DNA of 64,000 nucleotides from an uncultured Gammaproteobacteria bacterium (lineage in GTDB: Bacteria > Patescibacteriota > Microgenomatia > Woykebacterales > RBG-16-39-9b), in the NCBI GenBank assembly GCA_965231125.1, contig OZ246414.1, forward strand, positions 576,137 to 640,136, in the 5' to 3' direction. Position numbers and translations under genes: made by a program. The notes beneath the pieces were generated by a model. That model was not told where the DNA came from and did not search any database. It saw only the letters and a program-made list of their open reading frames with translations. Positions 46,566 through 56,641 of the stretch are shown in pieces (position 1 is the first letter of the stretch; each line of letters begins with the position of its first letter).

Positions 46566-47178
46566 CGTTCAAAAGGCAGCGAGTGTGTTAATGGAAGGTG
46601 GAATTGTAATTTTTCCGACCGATACTGTTTACGCAGTTGGCTGTTTAATTGAGGAACCACTCGCAATTGAGCGTTTGTATAAAGTAAAAGAAAGGGATCG
46701 AGACAAACCGACTCTTGTGCTGGCCGAAAGCTTAAACCAAGCCAAGGAATACGCGTTCTTTGATAAAAACGCAGAAAAACTGGCAGAGACTTTTTGGCCT
46801 GGACCTTTAACAATCGTCATTCCAGCTAAAAATAAAGCGCCCGAAGAGATCCTTGGAAAAAACAACACTATTGGCATAAGAGTCCCAAGGGAGCCGGTTA
46901 TTCAAGAACTACTTAAGCTCATCGGAATACCAATACTGGCTCCTTCAGCAAATATTGGCGGTAGGCAGGCGGCTGTGAGTCTGAAAGAGATTGACAAAAA
47001 ATTGACGAACCTGGTAGACTACGTACTCGAATTTCCAACCGGGGGTAAGGCCCCCTCGACTATAGTTGAAGTAGCCCACGGAAACTACAGAATAGTTCGA
47101 ACAGGACCTGTATCGGAAAAAGAAATTTCCGAAGTTTTATCAAAGGAGCGCGAGAAACGACAAAGTTTTATAAATTAA
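46558..47178 (+). CDS. tsaC: L-threonylcarbamoyladenylate synthase
   Basis: FPTDTVY, FWPGPLT, APSAN, PSTIV. Confidence 0.93.
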   Translation: MSSVQKAASVLMEGGIVIFPTDTVYAVGCLIEEPLAIERLYKVKERDRDKPTLVLAESLNQAKEYAFFDKNAEKLAETFWPGPLTIVIPAKNKAPEEILGKNNTIGIRVPREPVIQELLKLIGIPILAPSANIGGRQAAVSLKEIDKKLTNLVDYVLEFPTGGKAPSTIVEVAHGNYRIVRTGPVSEKEISEVLSKEREKRQSFIN

Positions 47179-47672
47179 ACCAAAATATTAGAGCAAGCGA
47201 AGTAAGAGCTCTTGATGCTTCTGGAAAGCAGATTAATATAATGAAGCTGTCAGAAGCCTTATCTTTAGCTAACGAACAAGGTTTAGACGTGGTTGAAGTC
47301 AACAGCAAGACTAGCCCACCAATAGTAAAGATAGTTGACTTTAAAAAGTTTAAATACGAAGAAGATAAAAAAGAGAGAAAAGCAAAAAGCAAAACAAAAG
47401 AGACTCACACAAAAGAAATTTGGCTAGGTCCGACAATTAGCGAGCACGACTTGAATATTAGACTTAAATGGAGCGAAGAGTTTTTCTCAAAAGGCGATCG
47501 GGTAAAGTTTACAGTTAAATTTTCGGGGCGGGAAATGGCTCATACCAACCTTGGTTACGAATTACTAAACAAAATTCGAGATATTTTGGTAGAAAAAGCG
47601 CAAGTCGACGGAGAACCAAGGTTTATGGGAAGGAATCTTTCCTTAGCGTTTAAATCGGTTAAAACTAAGTAA
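47157..47672 (+). CDS. infC: Translation initiation factor IF-3 (non-AUG start, probably ACG)
   Basis: Conserved LNQNIRASEVR lies upstream of the first ATG (47241); AAGGAG ends 8 nt before the ACG. Confidence 0.9.
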   Translation, partial: TTKFYKLNQNIRASEVRALDASGKQINIMKLSEALSLANEQGLDVVEVNSKTSPPIVKIVDFKKFKYEEDKKERKAKSKTKETHTKEIWLGPTISEHDLNIRLKWSEEFFSKGDRVKFTVKFSGREMAHTNLGYELLNKIRDILVEKAQVDGEPRFMGRNLSLAFKSVKTK

Positions 47673-47673
47673 T

Positions 47674-47862
47674 ATGAAACAAAAAACAAAAAAAGGGGCA
47701 TCTAAAAGGTTTAAGAAGACAGCCGCAGGCAAGTTGCTAAGACGGGGTGGTTATTCGTCTCACCTAAAAGAAAAGAAGGGAAAAAGCAGGCTAAGGAGGC
47801 AAAAAGAACCTCGAGAAGTCTCACCAGCGGATAAAAAGAGGTTAGTAAAATTTATTGGGTAG
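47674..47862 (+). CDS. rpmI: 50S ribosomal protein L35
   Basis: KQKTKKGASKRFK; lies between infC and rplT. Confidence 0.95.
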   Translation: MKQKTKKGASKRFKKTAAGKLLRRGGYSSHLKEKKGKSRLRRQKEPREVSPADKKRLVKFIG

Positions 47863-47885
47863 TGTAAAAACTTATCAAGTAAAAA

Positions 47886-48233
47886 ATGGCCAGAATTAAA
47901 TCCTCTAAAACACGGCACGCAAAACATAAAAAGGTCCTTAAACAGGCGAAGGGTTTTCGCGGCGCAAAGAGCAAACTAATAAAAACCGCTAAAGAGGCAG
48001 TGATGCACTCTGGCTCTTACGCTTATGCAGGCAGAAAACAAAGAAAACGTGATAAACGCACTGAGTGGATTGTAACTATAAACGCAGCCCTTTCGGAACA
48101 CGAAATTCCTTACAGTCGGTTTATTAAGTCGTTAAAAGAAAAAGAAATTACCCTTGACCGGAAAATCTTGGCTAAAATTGCAAAGGAAGACAAAGCTACA
48201 TTTGACCACATTGTAAAATCGGCAACCTCGTAA
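47886..48233 (+). CDS. rplT: 50S ribosomal protein L20
   Basis: KQAKGFRG, YAYAGRKQRKRD, LDRKILA. Confidence 0.97.
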   Translation: MARIKSSKTRHAKHKKVLKQAKGFRGAKSKLIKTAKEAVMHSGSYAYAGRKQRKRDKRTEWIVTINAALSEHEIPYSRFIKSLKEKEITLDRKILAKIAKEDKATFDHIVKSATS

Positions 48234-48265
48234 CCGATAGTAAACTAATTTCTTGCCCCATAGTC

Positions 48266-48294
48266 TTGACAAATGGATAATTTTGTGCTATAGT
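48266..48294 (+). promoter_or_regulatory. Sigma70-type promoter
   Basis: TTGACA-N17-TATAGT with a TG extension. Confidence 0.7.
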
Positions 48295-48451
48295 AAGTAA
48301 ATATACTCCAATTGGCCCTGGTATGGGGAGCTCATGTAGGGCAGGCGTGAGCTTCCCATTCCGGGGCTTTTTTATGCCTAAATGATGGCGTTCTTTAACT
48401 TGTACGCCCTTTCTGTTTTATTAGGCCTAATTATATGTTATTCTAAAAGTC

Positions 48452-49459
48452 ATGGAAGATCTTGAAAAAATAAAGAAAGAAGCGGTGGAAAAAATTGTTT
48501 CCGCCAAAAGCCTGGGCGAAATTGAAGAAATAAAAATCTATTATTTGGGAAGGAAGAGGGGAGTGTTGACCAAATTCGCGGAGAGCCTACCAGCACTCTC
48601 AATAGAAGAGAAACGTAAAATTGGTCCGGCCTTCAACAAAGTCAAAAGTTCTTTAGAATCGGCAGTCGCCGAAAAAGGGAAATCTTTACCAAAAGGAAAA
48701 CCTGTCGATAGTTCAACTAAAAAAGCTAAACTGGAAGGAGCTTTACCATTTGACCCAACTATATCTGGAAAGGTACCAAATTTAGGTCATTCCCACCCCC
48801 TAACTTTGGTTATAGGGCAGGTAAAGGAAATTTTCCATTATCTTGGTTTTTCGTGGGTAGATGGTCCAGAAGTGGAACTGGATTTGTACAACTTCCAAAA
48901 ACTTCGGATTCCTAAGGATCATCCGTCCAGGGACGTCCAGCAAACTTACTATATAAATGACGAGTTGGTACTAAGAACTCACACCTCACCAGTCCAGGTG
49001 CGCTATATGGAGGCTCACGAGCCACCAATAAGAATAATTTCTCCTGGGCGAGCCTACCGCCGCGATATGCCCGACGCCACGCACTTACCTGATTTTTTAC
49101 AAATTGAGGGGCTTTTGGTTGATTCTAAAACAAATCTCACCGATTTATTGGGTGTATTGGACTTTTTTGCTAAAAGATTTTTTGGTGGGCAGTCGCGAGT
49201 TCGTTTTTACGGTCACAATTTTCCTTACACTGAGCCGTCGGTAGAAGTGGAGGTGTACCACGAAAGTAAGGGTTGGATAGAAATTTTGGGTGCCGGTATG
49301 GTGCACCCCGAAGTTTTGGAAAACGGTGGTATTGATCCGGAAAAATACCGTGGTTGGGCTTTCGGCATGGGACCAAATCGCCTTGCCATGCTTAAATACA
49401 AGATAGACGACATCCGCCTCCTTTACAGTGGTGACTTACGATTCCTAGAGCAATTTTAA
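48452..49459 (+). CDS. pheS: Phenylalanine--tRNA ligase alpha subunit
   Basis: HPSRD, LRTHTSPVQ, FPYTEPS, GAGMVHP, AFGMG. Confidence 0.98.
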   Translation: MEDLEKIKKEAVEKIVSAKSLGEIEEIKIYYLGRKRGVLTKFAESLPALSIEEKRKIGPAFNKVKSSLESAVAEKGKSLPKGKPVDSSTKKAKLEGALPFDPTISGKVPNLGHSHPLTLVIGQVKEIFHYLGFSWVDGPEVELDLYNFQKLRIPKDHPSRDVQQTYYINDELVLRTHTSPVQVRYMEAHEPPIRIISPGRAYRRDMPDATHLPDFLQIEGLLVDSKTNLTDLLGVLDFFAKRFFGGQSRVRFYGHNFPYTEPSVEVEVYHESKGWIEILGAGMVHPEVLENGGIDPEKYRGWAFGMGPNRLAMLKYKIDDIRLLYSGDLRFLEQF

Positions 49460-49495
49460 TGATTTTTACTTTATACTTTATACTTTTTACTTAAC

Positions 49496-51505
49496 ATGTT
49501 GGTACCTTTTTCTTGGTTAAAAGAATATGTTGCTATCGATGAAGAAGCCGAAGAAGTCGCTGAGAAACTTTTACTTTCGGGCACTAAAGTAGAAAAGATT
49601 CTGAAAGAAGGAGACGAGACAGTTTTCGAGTTGGAAATTACACCAAACAGACCAGATTGTTTGGGAGTAATTGGAGTCGCGCGTGAAGTAGCCGCTTTAT
49701 ACGAAAAACCTCTTAAAATCCAGGAGCCGTTTGCGAACACTAAAGAGGGTTCTAAACAAAAGCGCCTTCGCTTCACGGTCAAGGACAGACAGCTTTGCCC
49801 TTACTATTCTATCGGGGTAATAGACGCTGTTAAAATCCAAGAATCCCCAGAATGGCTAAAAAAAAGACTGACGTTAGTAGGTGTTCGCCCAATAAACAAT
49901 GTTGTCGATATAACTAATTACGTAATGATATCTACCGGGCAACCTATGCACGCCTTTGACTACGATAAAATAAACGGTGAAATGCTCCTTCGAGCCGCAA
50001 AAGAGGGAGAAGTCGTCAAAACCCTAGACGGCATTGAACGAAAGCTTGCTTCCGGAACAATAATTATTGAAGACACGCAAAAAACCATTGATCTCGCGGG
50101 AATAATGGGCGGGGAAAACTCCCAAGTGGGGGAGAGTACTTCGACAATAATCCTTCATGTCCCCGTCTACAATCCCGTGGCAATCAGAAAAGCTTCGCAA
50201 TTTCTGGGTATACGGACTGAAGCATCAAACCGATTTGAAAAGGAGCTGGACCCAAACGGTCATCGCTTCGCTTTTGAAACCGCCTTGAATTTACTACGAT
50301 TTGAAGCCTCTGGTGAGCTTGTTTCGGAAATTAAAAGCGCCGGTTACCCAGTAAAAAGCCCTTCGTTTACTGTACTGCTCGAAAAAATTAACGCCATTCT
50401 CGGCGTGAAAATCCCAGAAGAAAGAATTGTTGATATCCTAGTGAGGCTTGGGTTTGAAATCTTACCTTCTCCATCCACCGATGGACGGGCACTAGAGCTA
50501 CAACCCCCAACTTGGCGTCCTGACATTCAAATCACTGAAGATGTGGCTGAAGAAGTCGGTAGAATCTGGGGTTACAACCTTTTTCCTAGAAACCTGCCGG
50601 AAGGAGAAATACCGACTCACGAAGATTCATTTTTGCCCGATTGGGAGAAACTCGTAAGAGAAATCTTGACCAGCTCTGGATTTTCGGAAACTTACAGCCA
50701 TTCAATGATTAGTGCCAGTTCAATAAATAATTTTGGTCTCGCGCCGGAAAATTGTCTTAAAGTATCCAACCGAATGGTTATAGACCACGAATATTTAAGA
50801 CCCACGCTTTTACTAGGACTTCTACAAGCCGTTTCCTTAAATTTAGGCAGCTACGAGGCAGTCTCATTATACGAGTTTGGAAGAGTTTTTTCTAAGAACG
50901 TGAGCGCGAAGGATAAACTTCCATTTCAGCCTCGAAAAGTGGCCGCACTTTCTACAAAGGCGACTTTCGCCAAACTTAAAGGCGTCTTGGAAGAGATCTT
51001 ACATAAATTCCAAGTTAAAGACTATCGATTTGAAAAAGAGAGTTCTGAAAAAGTTTGGTCGCCGGTCGCGAGGTTAATAATCAAAAAAGAAGAAATTGGC
51101 TACATCGGAAGAATAGAGGGTTCAATACTGCGAAATTTTTCGGTTGATGAGACTGTCTTTGGTTTTGAAATTGATTTTGACAAATTAATCAAACACGCCT
51201 CAAGCAAAAATGTTTATAACCCACCACCAAGGCTACCGGTTGTTAAGGAAGATCTATCAATCGCGGTAGATGCAAATCTGTACGTTCAAGAAATACTAAA
51301 TTCAATCTCTTCTTTAAAAGAGCGAAGGCTTTACAAAGTTATGATCTCCGAGGTAATTCCGTGGCAAGGAAAAAAATCAATTCTTTTAAAATTTGAATAC
51401 TACGACCCCCGCAAAACCTTAACCGATTCCGAAGCCAAAAGTATTCGAGGAAAAATAATTAACATTCTTACAAAGAGCTTTGGCGCTGAAATAAGAAGTA
51501 AGTAA
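49496..51505 (+). CDS. pheT: Phenylalanine--tRNA ligase beta subunit (lacks the B2 OB domain)
   Basis: SWLKEY, ITPNRPDCL, INNVVDITNY, RPDI...EEVGRIWGY. Confidence 0.97.
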   Translation: MLVPFSWLKEYVAIDEEAEEVAEKLLLSGTKVEKILKEGDETVFELEITPNRPDCLGVIGVAREVAALYEKPLKIQEPFANTKEGSKQKRLRFTVKDRQLCPYYSIGVIDAVKIQESPEWLKKRLTLVGVRPINNVVDITNYVMISTGQPMHAFDYDKINGEMLLRAAKEGEVVKTLDGIERKLASGTIIIEDTQKTIDLAGIMGGENSQVGESTSTIILHVPVYNPVAIRKASQFLGIRTEASNRFEKELDPNGHRFAFETALNLLRFEASGELVSEIKSAGYPVKSPSFTVLLEKINAILGVKIPEERIVDILVRLGFEILPSPSTDGRALELQPPTWRPDIQITEDVAEEVGRIWGYNLFPRNLPEGEIPTHEDSFLPDWEKLVREILTSSGFSETYSHSMISASSINNFGLAPENCLKVSNRMVIDHEYLRPTLLLGLLQAVSLNLGSYEAVSLYEFGRVFSKNVSAKDKLPFQPRKVAALSTKATFAKLKGVLEEILHKFQVKDYRFEKESSEKVWSPVARLIIKKEEIGYIGRIEGSILRNFSVDETVFGFEIDFDKLIKHASSKNVYNPPPRLPVVKEDLSIAVDANLYVQEILNSISSLKERRLYKVMISEVIPWQGKKSILLKFEYYDPRKTLTDSEAKSIRGKIINILTKSFGAEIRSK

Positions 51506-51600
51506 TAGCCCTGTGTTGTAAAGTTGACGGACAAACAAAGAAGAAGCGGCGATAGGTCTCGAGAAATTCTCGATACTCATCGCCGCTTGTAGTTTCTGGC

Positions 51601-51781
51601 GGGGGAGAATGGCTCCTTGAGGCTCAAAACCCAGTTGGCGTAGGTCATACGGGATTGATTGATCAATTCAGTACAGCAGGGTCGCAGAGATCTTTGAAAA
51701 CCTCGCTGCTGGTAACTGATTTCACTTAGTTCCCAACCTCACGTTTCCTTTGTGAACCAGTAAGGTTAACCATTCTCTCCC
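51601..51781 (-). ncRNA. ssrS: Probable 6S RNA
   Basis: About 181 nt rod closed by GGGAGAGAATGG/CCATTCTCCCCC, with an internal CAGCAG/CTGCTG stem and a 6S-like 3' TGACCTA..CAACTGGG segment. Confidence 0.6.
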
Positions 51782-51808
51782 ATGTAACTGCGCTATACAA
51801 TCCAGAGA

Positions 51809-52402
51809 CTAGGCCGCTACCGCGGCTTCCTGCCTTAGCTGCCGAGCTTGCGCCATTGCCCTTACCTTGATGACATCGATCATCCGAATGGTATGTGGCC
51901 CGGGAGCTATGGTGTTAACCAACACTCTCGTCAGGCGGGCTTTGAAAAAGCTCGGCTGCAGCTTGGCTATCTGAGTTAACACAATCATCGCAACCGTCTT
52001 GGGACCGCCCATTGGACGAGGACCGACAGCAAGAAACGGGTTTTCCATTTCTGTCACTGTCTCCCTAAACCCCACCATGTTGGGTAGCACGACTGTGTAC
52101 TTGGCTGGGCCGTACCGCCGCTCAATTACCATTTCCTCCATGAACTGAGCAACGAAAGCGACCATCAGCAGAGCTTCGATCAGTTCCTCAGTGATTCCGA
52201 ATTCGTTGGTTTCCTTTGGCAACTTGGCATGGGCCTCTGCTTCTGCCAAGCTCCTCAGCAATGCCATGGCAACCACCGAAGGTCTGTGTAGCTCTTCGAG
52301 CCGTTCTATGTACTCTGGCTCAACTCCCGCTGTCGCAAGGACTCTGCGGGATTCGTTCATTACTTGCTCGTCTGTGCGAACCATCAGACTTGCTTGCCTC
52401 AT
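51809..52402 (-). CDS. Hypothetical protein
   Basis: About 197 aa from ATG 52402 with GGAAAGG upstream. Confidence 0.6.
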   Translation of the reverse strand: MRQASLMVRTDEQVMNESRRVLATAGVEPEYIERLEELHRPSVVAMALLRSLAEAEAHAKLPKETNEFGITEELIEALLMVAFVAQFMEEMVIERRYGPAKYTVVLPNMVGFRETVTEMENPFLAVGPRPMGGPKTVAMIVLTQIAKLQPSFFKARLTRVLVNTIAPGPHTIRMIDVIKVRAMAQARQLRQEAAVAA

Positions 52403-52528
52403 CCTTTCCTTACCCTTGACTGTATAGCGCAGCGGGATTATGTGCGAAGCAGCACACTTTTTCGTACACAAGCCCGCATAAATAAAATGGGCAAGCAAAA
52501 TATACAACTTTTTGGGAGAAAATTCAAC

Positions 52529-55144
52529 TTACGCGTATAAATTATAGCGCCGCCAATAGTTCGGCACAACAGATGAATCCAAAAGTTTTTTGCTTATTGG
52601 TGGCCCAAGCGGAGTGCCGCCGGCAACAGTTAGACTAATAGCATCCTCACTAGAGTTTCCCTCACTATCGTAAACAATCGCTTTAATAGTGTAATCGCCA
52701 GGAGCAACATCAAAAAAGCTTGCACCATACGGTGGGGAAGTATCAACCGCGTCCGGAGTTGCGGAACCATAAAAATAAAACTCTACTCTGTCAATTGGGT
52801 TCGGTCCAGATGCTGTAGCCTTAACAGTAAAATCCTTACTACCGACATTGGCTCCATCTTCCGGTTTAGTAATTTTTACCACCAAATCACCTTCAGGACC
52901 ATTTGGGCTATAAATCCTTGTATCCTTCTTTGTTGGTGGGCAAGGTTTGCAATATTTAAAGTATGGCTGAAATAGTCTTGTATACGGGTCTGTCAAAACA
53001 AAATAGGTTTTCGTAACTGCAAGACCGGCATTTTTACAGGATTCGTTTGCGATAAGCCCACTTGGCTTACAAATTGTTACTTTTACGTGCATGTCATCCT
53101 CCGGCGGAGGTTGCCATTTTGTAAAAATTTCGTATTTAGTTCTAACTCCTGGTACTGGCTTTTGTCCAGTGAGCGCATTAACCTTTGCATTAATTATTCC
53201 AGACGGTCTATTGAAATCCGTTACCTTTTTACCGGCAAGGAGTTGTCCCATTATGTTGGTATAAATGGGTGCTGCGCCCGTAATCCCAGACGAAACCGAT
53301 GGGTCCATCGGAGTATTGTCGTTATTACCAACCCAAGTACCAACCACGTACGAATTGGTGAAACCAAAGACCCAGTTATCCACTTTTTCTTCAGAAGTAC
53401 CAGTTTTCACTGCGATCCCTTTTCTGAAATTTAGTTTATTAGCCCAATAGGAACCATAACTCAAATATTTTGCGGTAGGGTCAGAGAGGATATTATCAAT
53501 TAGATAAGCGTATTCTGGAGTAACTACTTGATCGTTGTTATTTTTTACAAAGTCGCCTGGGTTGAACTGTTCCAACACTTTACCATTGGCATCTTTAACT
53601 TTAAGAACTGTCACCGGAGAAACTTTTTTCCCTTCATTACCTAATATGGCGTAGGCGTTAGTTAACTCATGAAGTTTTATTGCACCACCCCCTAAAGTCA
53701 AGGACAAGCCGTATTTGTTAGGATCGTCTAAAGTAGTAATACCAAAATCCCTTAGCGTGTCCAGAACGTTTGAAAGCCCGTTTACAGCCAGCATTTTCAC
53801 AGCTGGAACGTTGAATGAACTTGCTAGTGCAACTCGAACTGATAAAGGCCCATTAAAACAATCACAGTAGTTTCCAGGACTATAACCACCACCAAAATTT
53901 GTCTTTAAGTCCAAAAACATGGTCGCCGGATTATAACCTTTTTCAAAGCCGGTTACATAGTTAAACGGCTTCAAAGCCGAACCCGGCTGACGTAAACCCT
54001 GAGTGGCAACATTGAAATTGCCGGGTATGTCTTTGGCGAAGTAATTTTTTGACCCGACCATAGCCAAGATTTCCCCAGTTTTAGTATTTTCAATCATCGC
54101 CGCTCCATTACTCATGCGCAAAGCTTTACCAGTGGTTTTTATATTGTCAGCGACCGCTTTTTGAGCCATATTCTGCAGTTTAAGATCCAAAGTAGTCGTT
54201 ACCTGCAAACCACCTTCCTCAACTAACCTTACTCCGTATTTTTCTTCGAGTTGCTGTTTAACAAACAAAGAAAAGTGGGGGGCCAGTATTCCCTCGCCAA
54301 AATTTGCAAATTTCACATGCGGCAACTGCTTTAAGGCTTTTTGCTCCTGGTCGCCAGTTATGTAACCGTCCTGCCTCATTAATCCCAAAACTACTTGGGT
54401 TCTGCCTATGTAAGCTTTTGGATCGGGACCAAACGGGGAGTAGACAGAAGGGCTTTGAGGCAACCCTGCCAAGATTGCCGACTGCACAAGATTCAGCTGC
54501 CAAACGTGTTTCCCAAAATATTGATTTGCGGCTGCCTCAACACCCCAGGCCGTACCGCCATATGGAATTTCATTGAGATATATCTGTAAAATCTGATCTT
54601 TTGTGTAACGCCTCTCAATTTGGACTGAAAGGATAAACTCCTTAATTTTTCTTGTTACAGTGCGTTCCCGCGTAAGTAGCGTATTTTTAACTAATTGTTG
54701 GGTAAGAGTTGAGCCCCCAATTAGCCTTTTTTGAAAAACAAGGTCCTTAACCGACCGAAAATACCCGGTTACATCAAACCCCTTGTGCTTGTAAAAGTTT
54801 TTATCCTCTGTTGCTATTGTTGCGTCGCGTAAATTTTGGGGGATTTTATCTAACGTTACCAAAGTCCTGTTTTCATCTCCGTGAATATTGTAAAGCAAGA
54901 CTCCACTACGGTCATAAATTCTGGTACTTTGTTCAATAGCCCGACTAGTGAGCCTATCCGGGGCAGGGATTTCTCTGGCGAAATAGCCAAAAACTATCGC
55001 TGTGGAAATTAGAAACAAGACAAATAGAACAAACCCGGCGGTTATTAAAGCACTAAGCAACTTTATTTTTTTACGTTTCCAACGTCTTTTGTTAGCAAAC
55101 TTAGCCCCCCGTTGAATAGGGGGCAATAGAGCTGAGTAAGCCAT
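52529..55144 (-). CDS. Class A penicillin-binding protein (1A family) with C-terminal Ig-like domain
   Basis: EDKNFYKH, GGSTLTQQLVKN, RKIKE, QPGSALKP, SFN, KTGT. Confidence 0.95.
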   Translation of the reverse strand: MAYSALLPPIQRGAKFANKRRWKRKKIKLLSALITAGFVLFVLFLISTAIVFGYFAREIPAPDRLTSRAIEQSTRIYDRSGVLLYNIHGDENRTLVTLDKIPQNLRDATIATEDKNFYKHKGFDVTGYFRSVKDLVFQKRLIGGSTLTQQLVKNTLLTRERTVTRKIKEFILSVQIERRYTKDQILQIYLNEIPYGGTAWGVEAAANQYFGKHVWQLNLVQSAILAGLPQSPSVYSPFGPDPKAYIGRTQVVLGLMRQDGYITGDQEQKALKQLPHVKFANFGEGILAPHFSLFVKQQLEEKYGVRLVEEGGLQVTTTLDLKLQNMAQKAVADNIKTTGKALRMSNGAAMIENTKTGEILAMVGSKNYFAKDIPGNFNVATQGLRQPGSALKPFNYVTGFEKGYNPATMFLDLKTNFGGGYSPGNYCDCFNGPLSVRVALASSFNVPAVKMLAVNGLSNVLDTLRDFGITTLDDPNKYGLSLTLGGGAIKLHELTNAYAILGNEGKKVSPVTVLKVKDANGKVLEQFNPGDFVKNNNDQVVTPEYAYLIDNILSDPTAKYLSYGSYWANKLNFRKGIAVKTGTSEEKVDNWVFGFTNSYVVGTWVGNNDNTPMDPSVSSGITGAAPIYTNIMGQLLAGKKVTDFNRPSGIINAKVNALTGQKPVPGVRTKYEIFTKWQPPPEDDMHVKVTICKPSGLIANESCKNAGLAVTKTYFVLTDPYTRLFQPYFKYCKPCPPTKKDTRIYSPNGPEGDLVVKITKPEDGANVGSKDFTVKATASGPNPIDRVEFYFYGSATPDAVDTSPPYGASFFDVAPGDYTIKAIVYDSEGNSSEDAISLTVAGGTPLGPPISKKLLDSSVVPNYWRRYNLYA

Positions 55145-55189
55145 TATTTAAAGTATTTTACCATTCCAACCTTGTTTACAACAGAGGTT

Positions 55190-55264
55190 TTATTTTCGAG
55201 CCCCGATTTCGGGGCGAGAAAACGTCGGCAACCCCGACTTGGCTCGGGGAGGACGTCATTTAAA
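55190..55264 (+). mobile_element. About 75 bp IS200/IS605-end-like palindromic element (copy 2)
   Basis: Two hairpins ending GGGGAGGACGTCA; matches 8763-8837. Confidence 0.6.
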
Positions 55265-55313
55265 TCGGGCGATTAAGATGATATAATTACGCTTAAGATA
55301 CTCATTAGTTACT

Positions 55314-56525
55314 ATGGAAAAAGAAAACTTACTACTTGAAAGAAATATTGAGTCTGTCTACCCATCCAAACAAGTTTTTTTGGAAAGGCTATCTTCTGGA
55401 AAGAAATTTAAAATTTATCTTGGGATAGACCCAACAAGCCCAGAAATCCATATTGGCCACGCAATTGCGCTGTGGAAGCTAAAACAGTTCCAAAAGTTGG
55501 GGCACGAAGTAATATTATTGGTAGGCGATTTTACTGGTATGATCGGAGATCCTACTGACAAAGACGTAATGCGAAAAAATCTAAGTCGAGGGGAGATTAT
55601 GGATAACACCCAGATGTACAGGGAGCAGGCTTCAAAAATAATAGATTTTTCGGGGGAGAATCCCGCCAAACTTGTCTTCAATAGCACTTGGCTCTCTAAA
55701 CTTTCTTTAGATAAATTGATTGAATTATCAGGAAAAATAACTGTTCAGCAACTGATTGAGCGGGATATGTTTCAGAAGAGGATCAAGGAAGGCAGACCTA
55801 TCGGCTTGAATGAATTTATTTACCCACTTCTACAAGGTTACGATAGCGTTGCGCTCGCGGTGGATGCGGAAATAGGTGGAACTGATCAAACATTTAACAT
55901 GCTCCTTGGAAGGACACTGTCGAAAACTCTCAAAAATAAAGAAAAGTTTGTTTTAACCACACCCTTACTTCCGGGCACAGACAGTAGAAAAATGAGTAAA
56001 TCCCATGCTAACATTATTGCAATAGGCGACTCTGCAAATGACATGTACGGCAAAGTAATGTCCCTGAAAGATGATTTAATCCTAATATATTTCGAGCTTT
56101 GCACCGAAATCTCCAGGAATGAGCTGGAAAATATAAAAACCGAGCTAGAAGTAAAAAAAGAAAACCCAATGGATTTGAAAAGGAAGTTGGCGTTTGCAGT
56201 AGTAAAAATTTACCACGGCGAGTCTTCAGCCAAAAAAGCCCAGGAGGAGTTTACCAGAGTTTTTCAAAAAGGAGAAAGAACTTCCGATCTCCTTTCAGCA
56301 GTACAATTCAAGTCAATCCTGCCTATCTCCTACGCCTCCCTGACAACAATTTCCGGTGGAACTGTGAGCGTATCGGAGGCCGTTAGACTGGCTGAAAACA
56401 AAGGCCTAAAAGTTGATGGCGAGCTTATTGAAGACGCAAGGAAAAATCTAGTCGATCCTACCGGAAACGAAACTATTATTGATATTGGAAAAAGGAAATC
56501 TATTAAAATAACCTGGAAGGAATAA
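55314..56525 (+). CDS. tyrS: Tyrosine--tRNA ligase
   Basis: GIDPT, HIGH, YPLLQGYD, KMSKS. Confidence 0.98.
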   Translation: MEKENLLLERNIESVYPSKQVFLERLSSGKKFKIYLGIDPTSPEIHIGHAIALWKLKQFQKLGHEVILLVGDFTGMIGDPTDKDVMRKNLSRGEIMDNTQMYREQASKIIDFSGENPAKLVFNSTWLSKLSLDKLIELSGKITVQQLIERDMFQKRIKEGRPIGLNEFIYPLLQGYDSVALAVDAEIGGTDQTFNMLLGRTLSKTLKNKEKFVLTTPLLPGTDSRKMSKSHANIIAIGDSANDMYGKVMSLKDDLILIYFELCTEISRNELENIKTELEVKKENPMDLKRKLAFAVVKIYHGESSAKKAQEEFTRVFQKGERTSDLLSAVQFKSILPISYASLTTISGGTVSVSEAVRLAENKGLKVDGELIEDARKNLVDPTGNETIIDIGKRKSIKITWKE

Positions 56526-56641
56526 TGCATGAAATTTATTAAAAAAACTAGAGTGATTTGGATAATAATCTCAATAATTGTGATTTTAAGTTTAGTAATC
56601 TACCCTTTATTTCTCGTAACAACCCTTAAATAAAAGAAGAG

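Noticed and set aside
49467-49495. TACTTTA heptamer run between pheS and pheT
   Set aside because: Short low-complexity repeat with no supportable function
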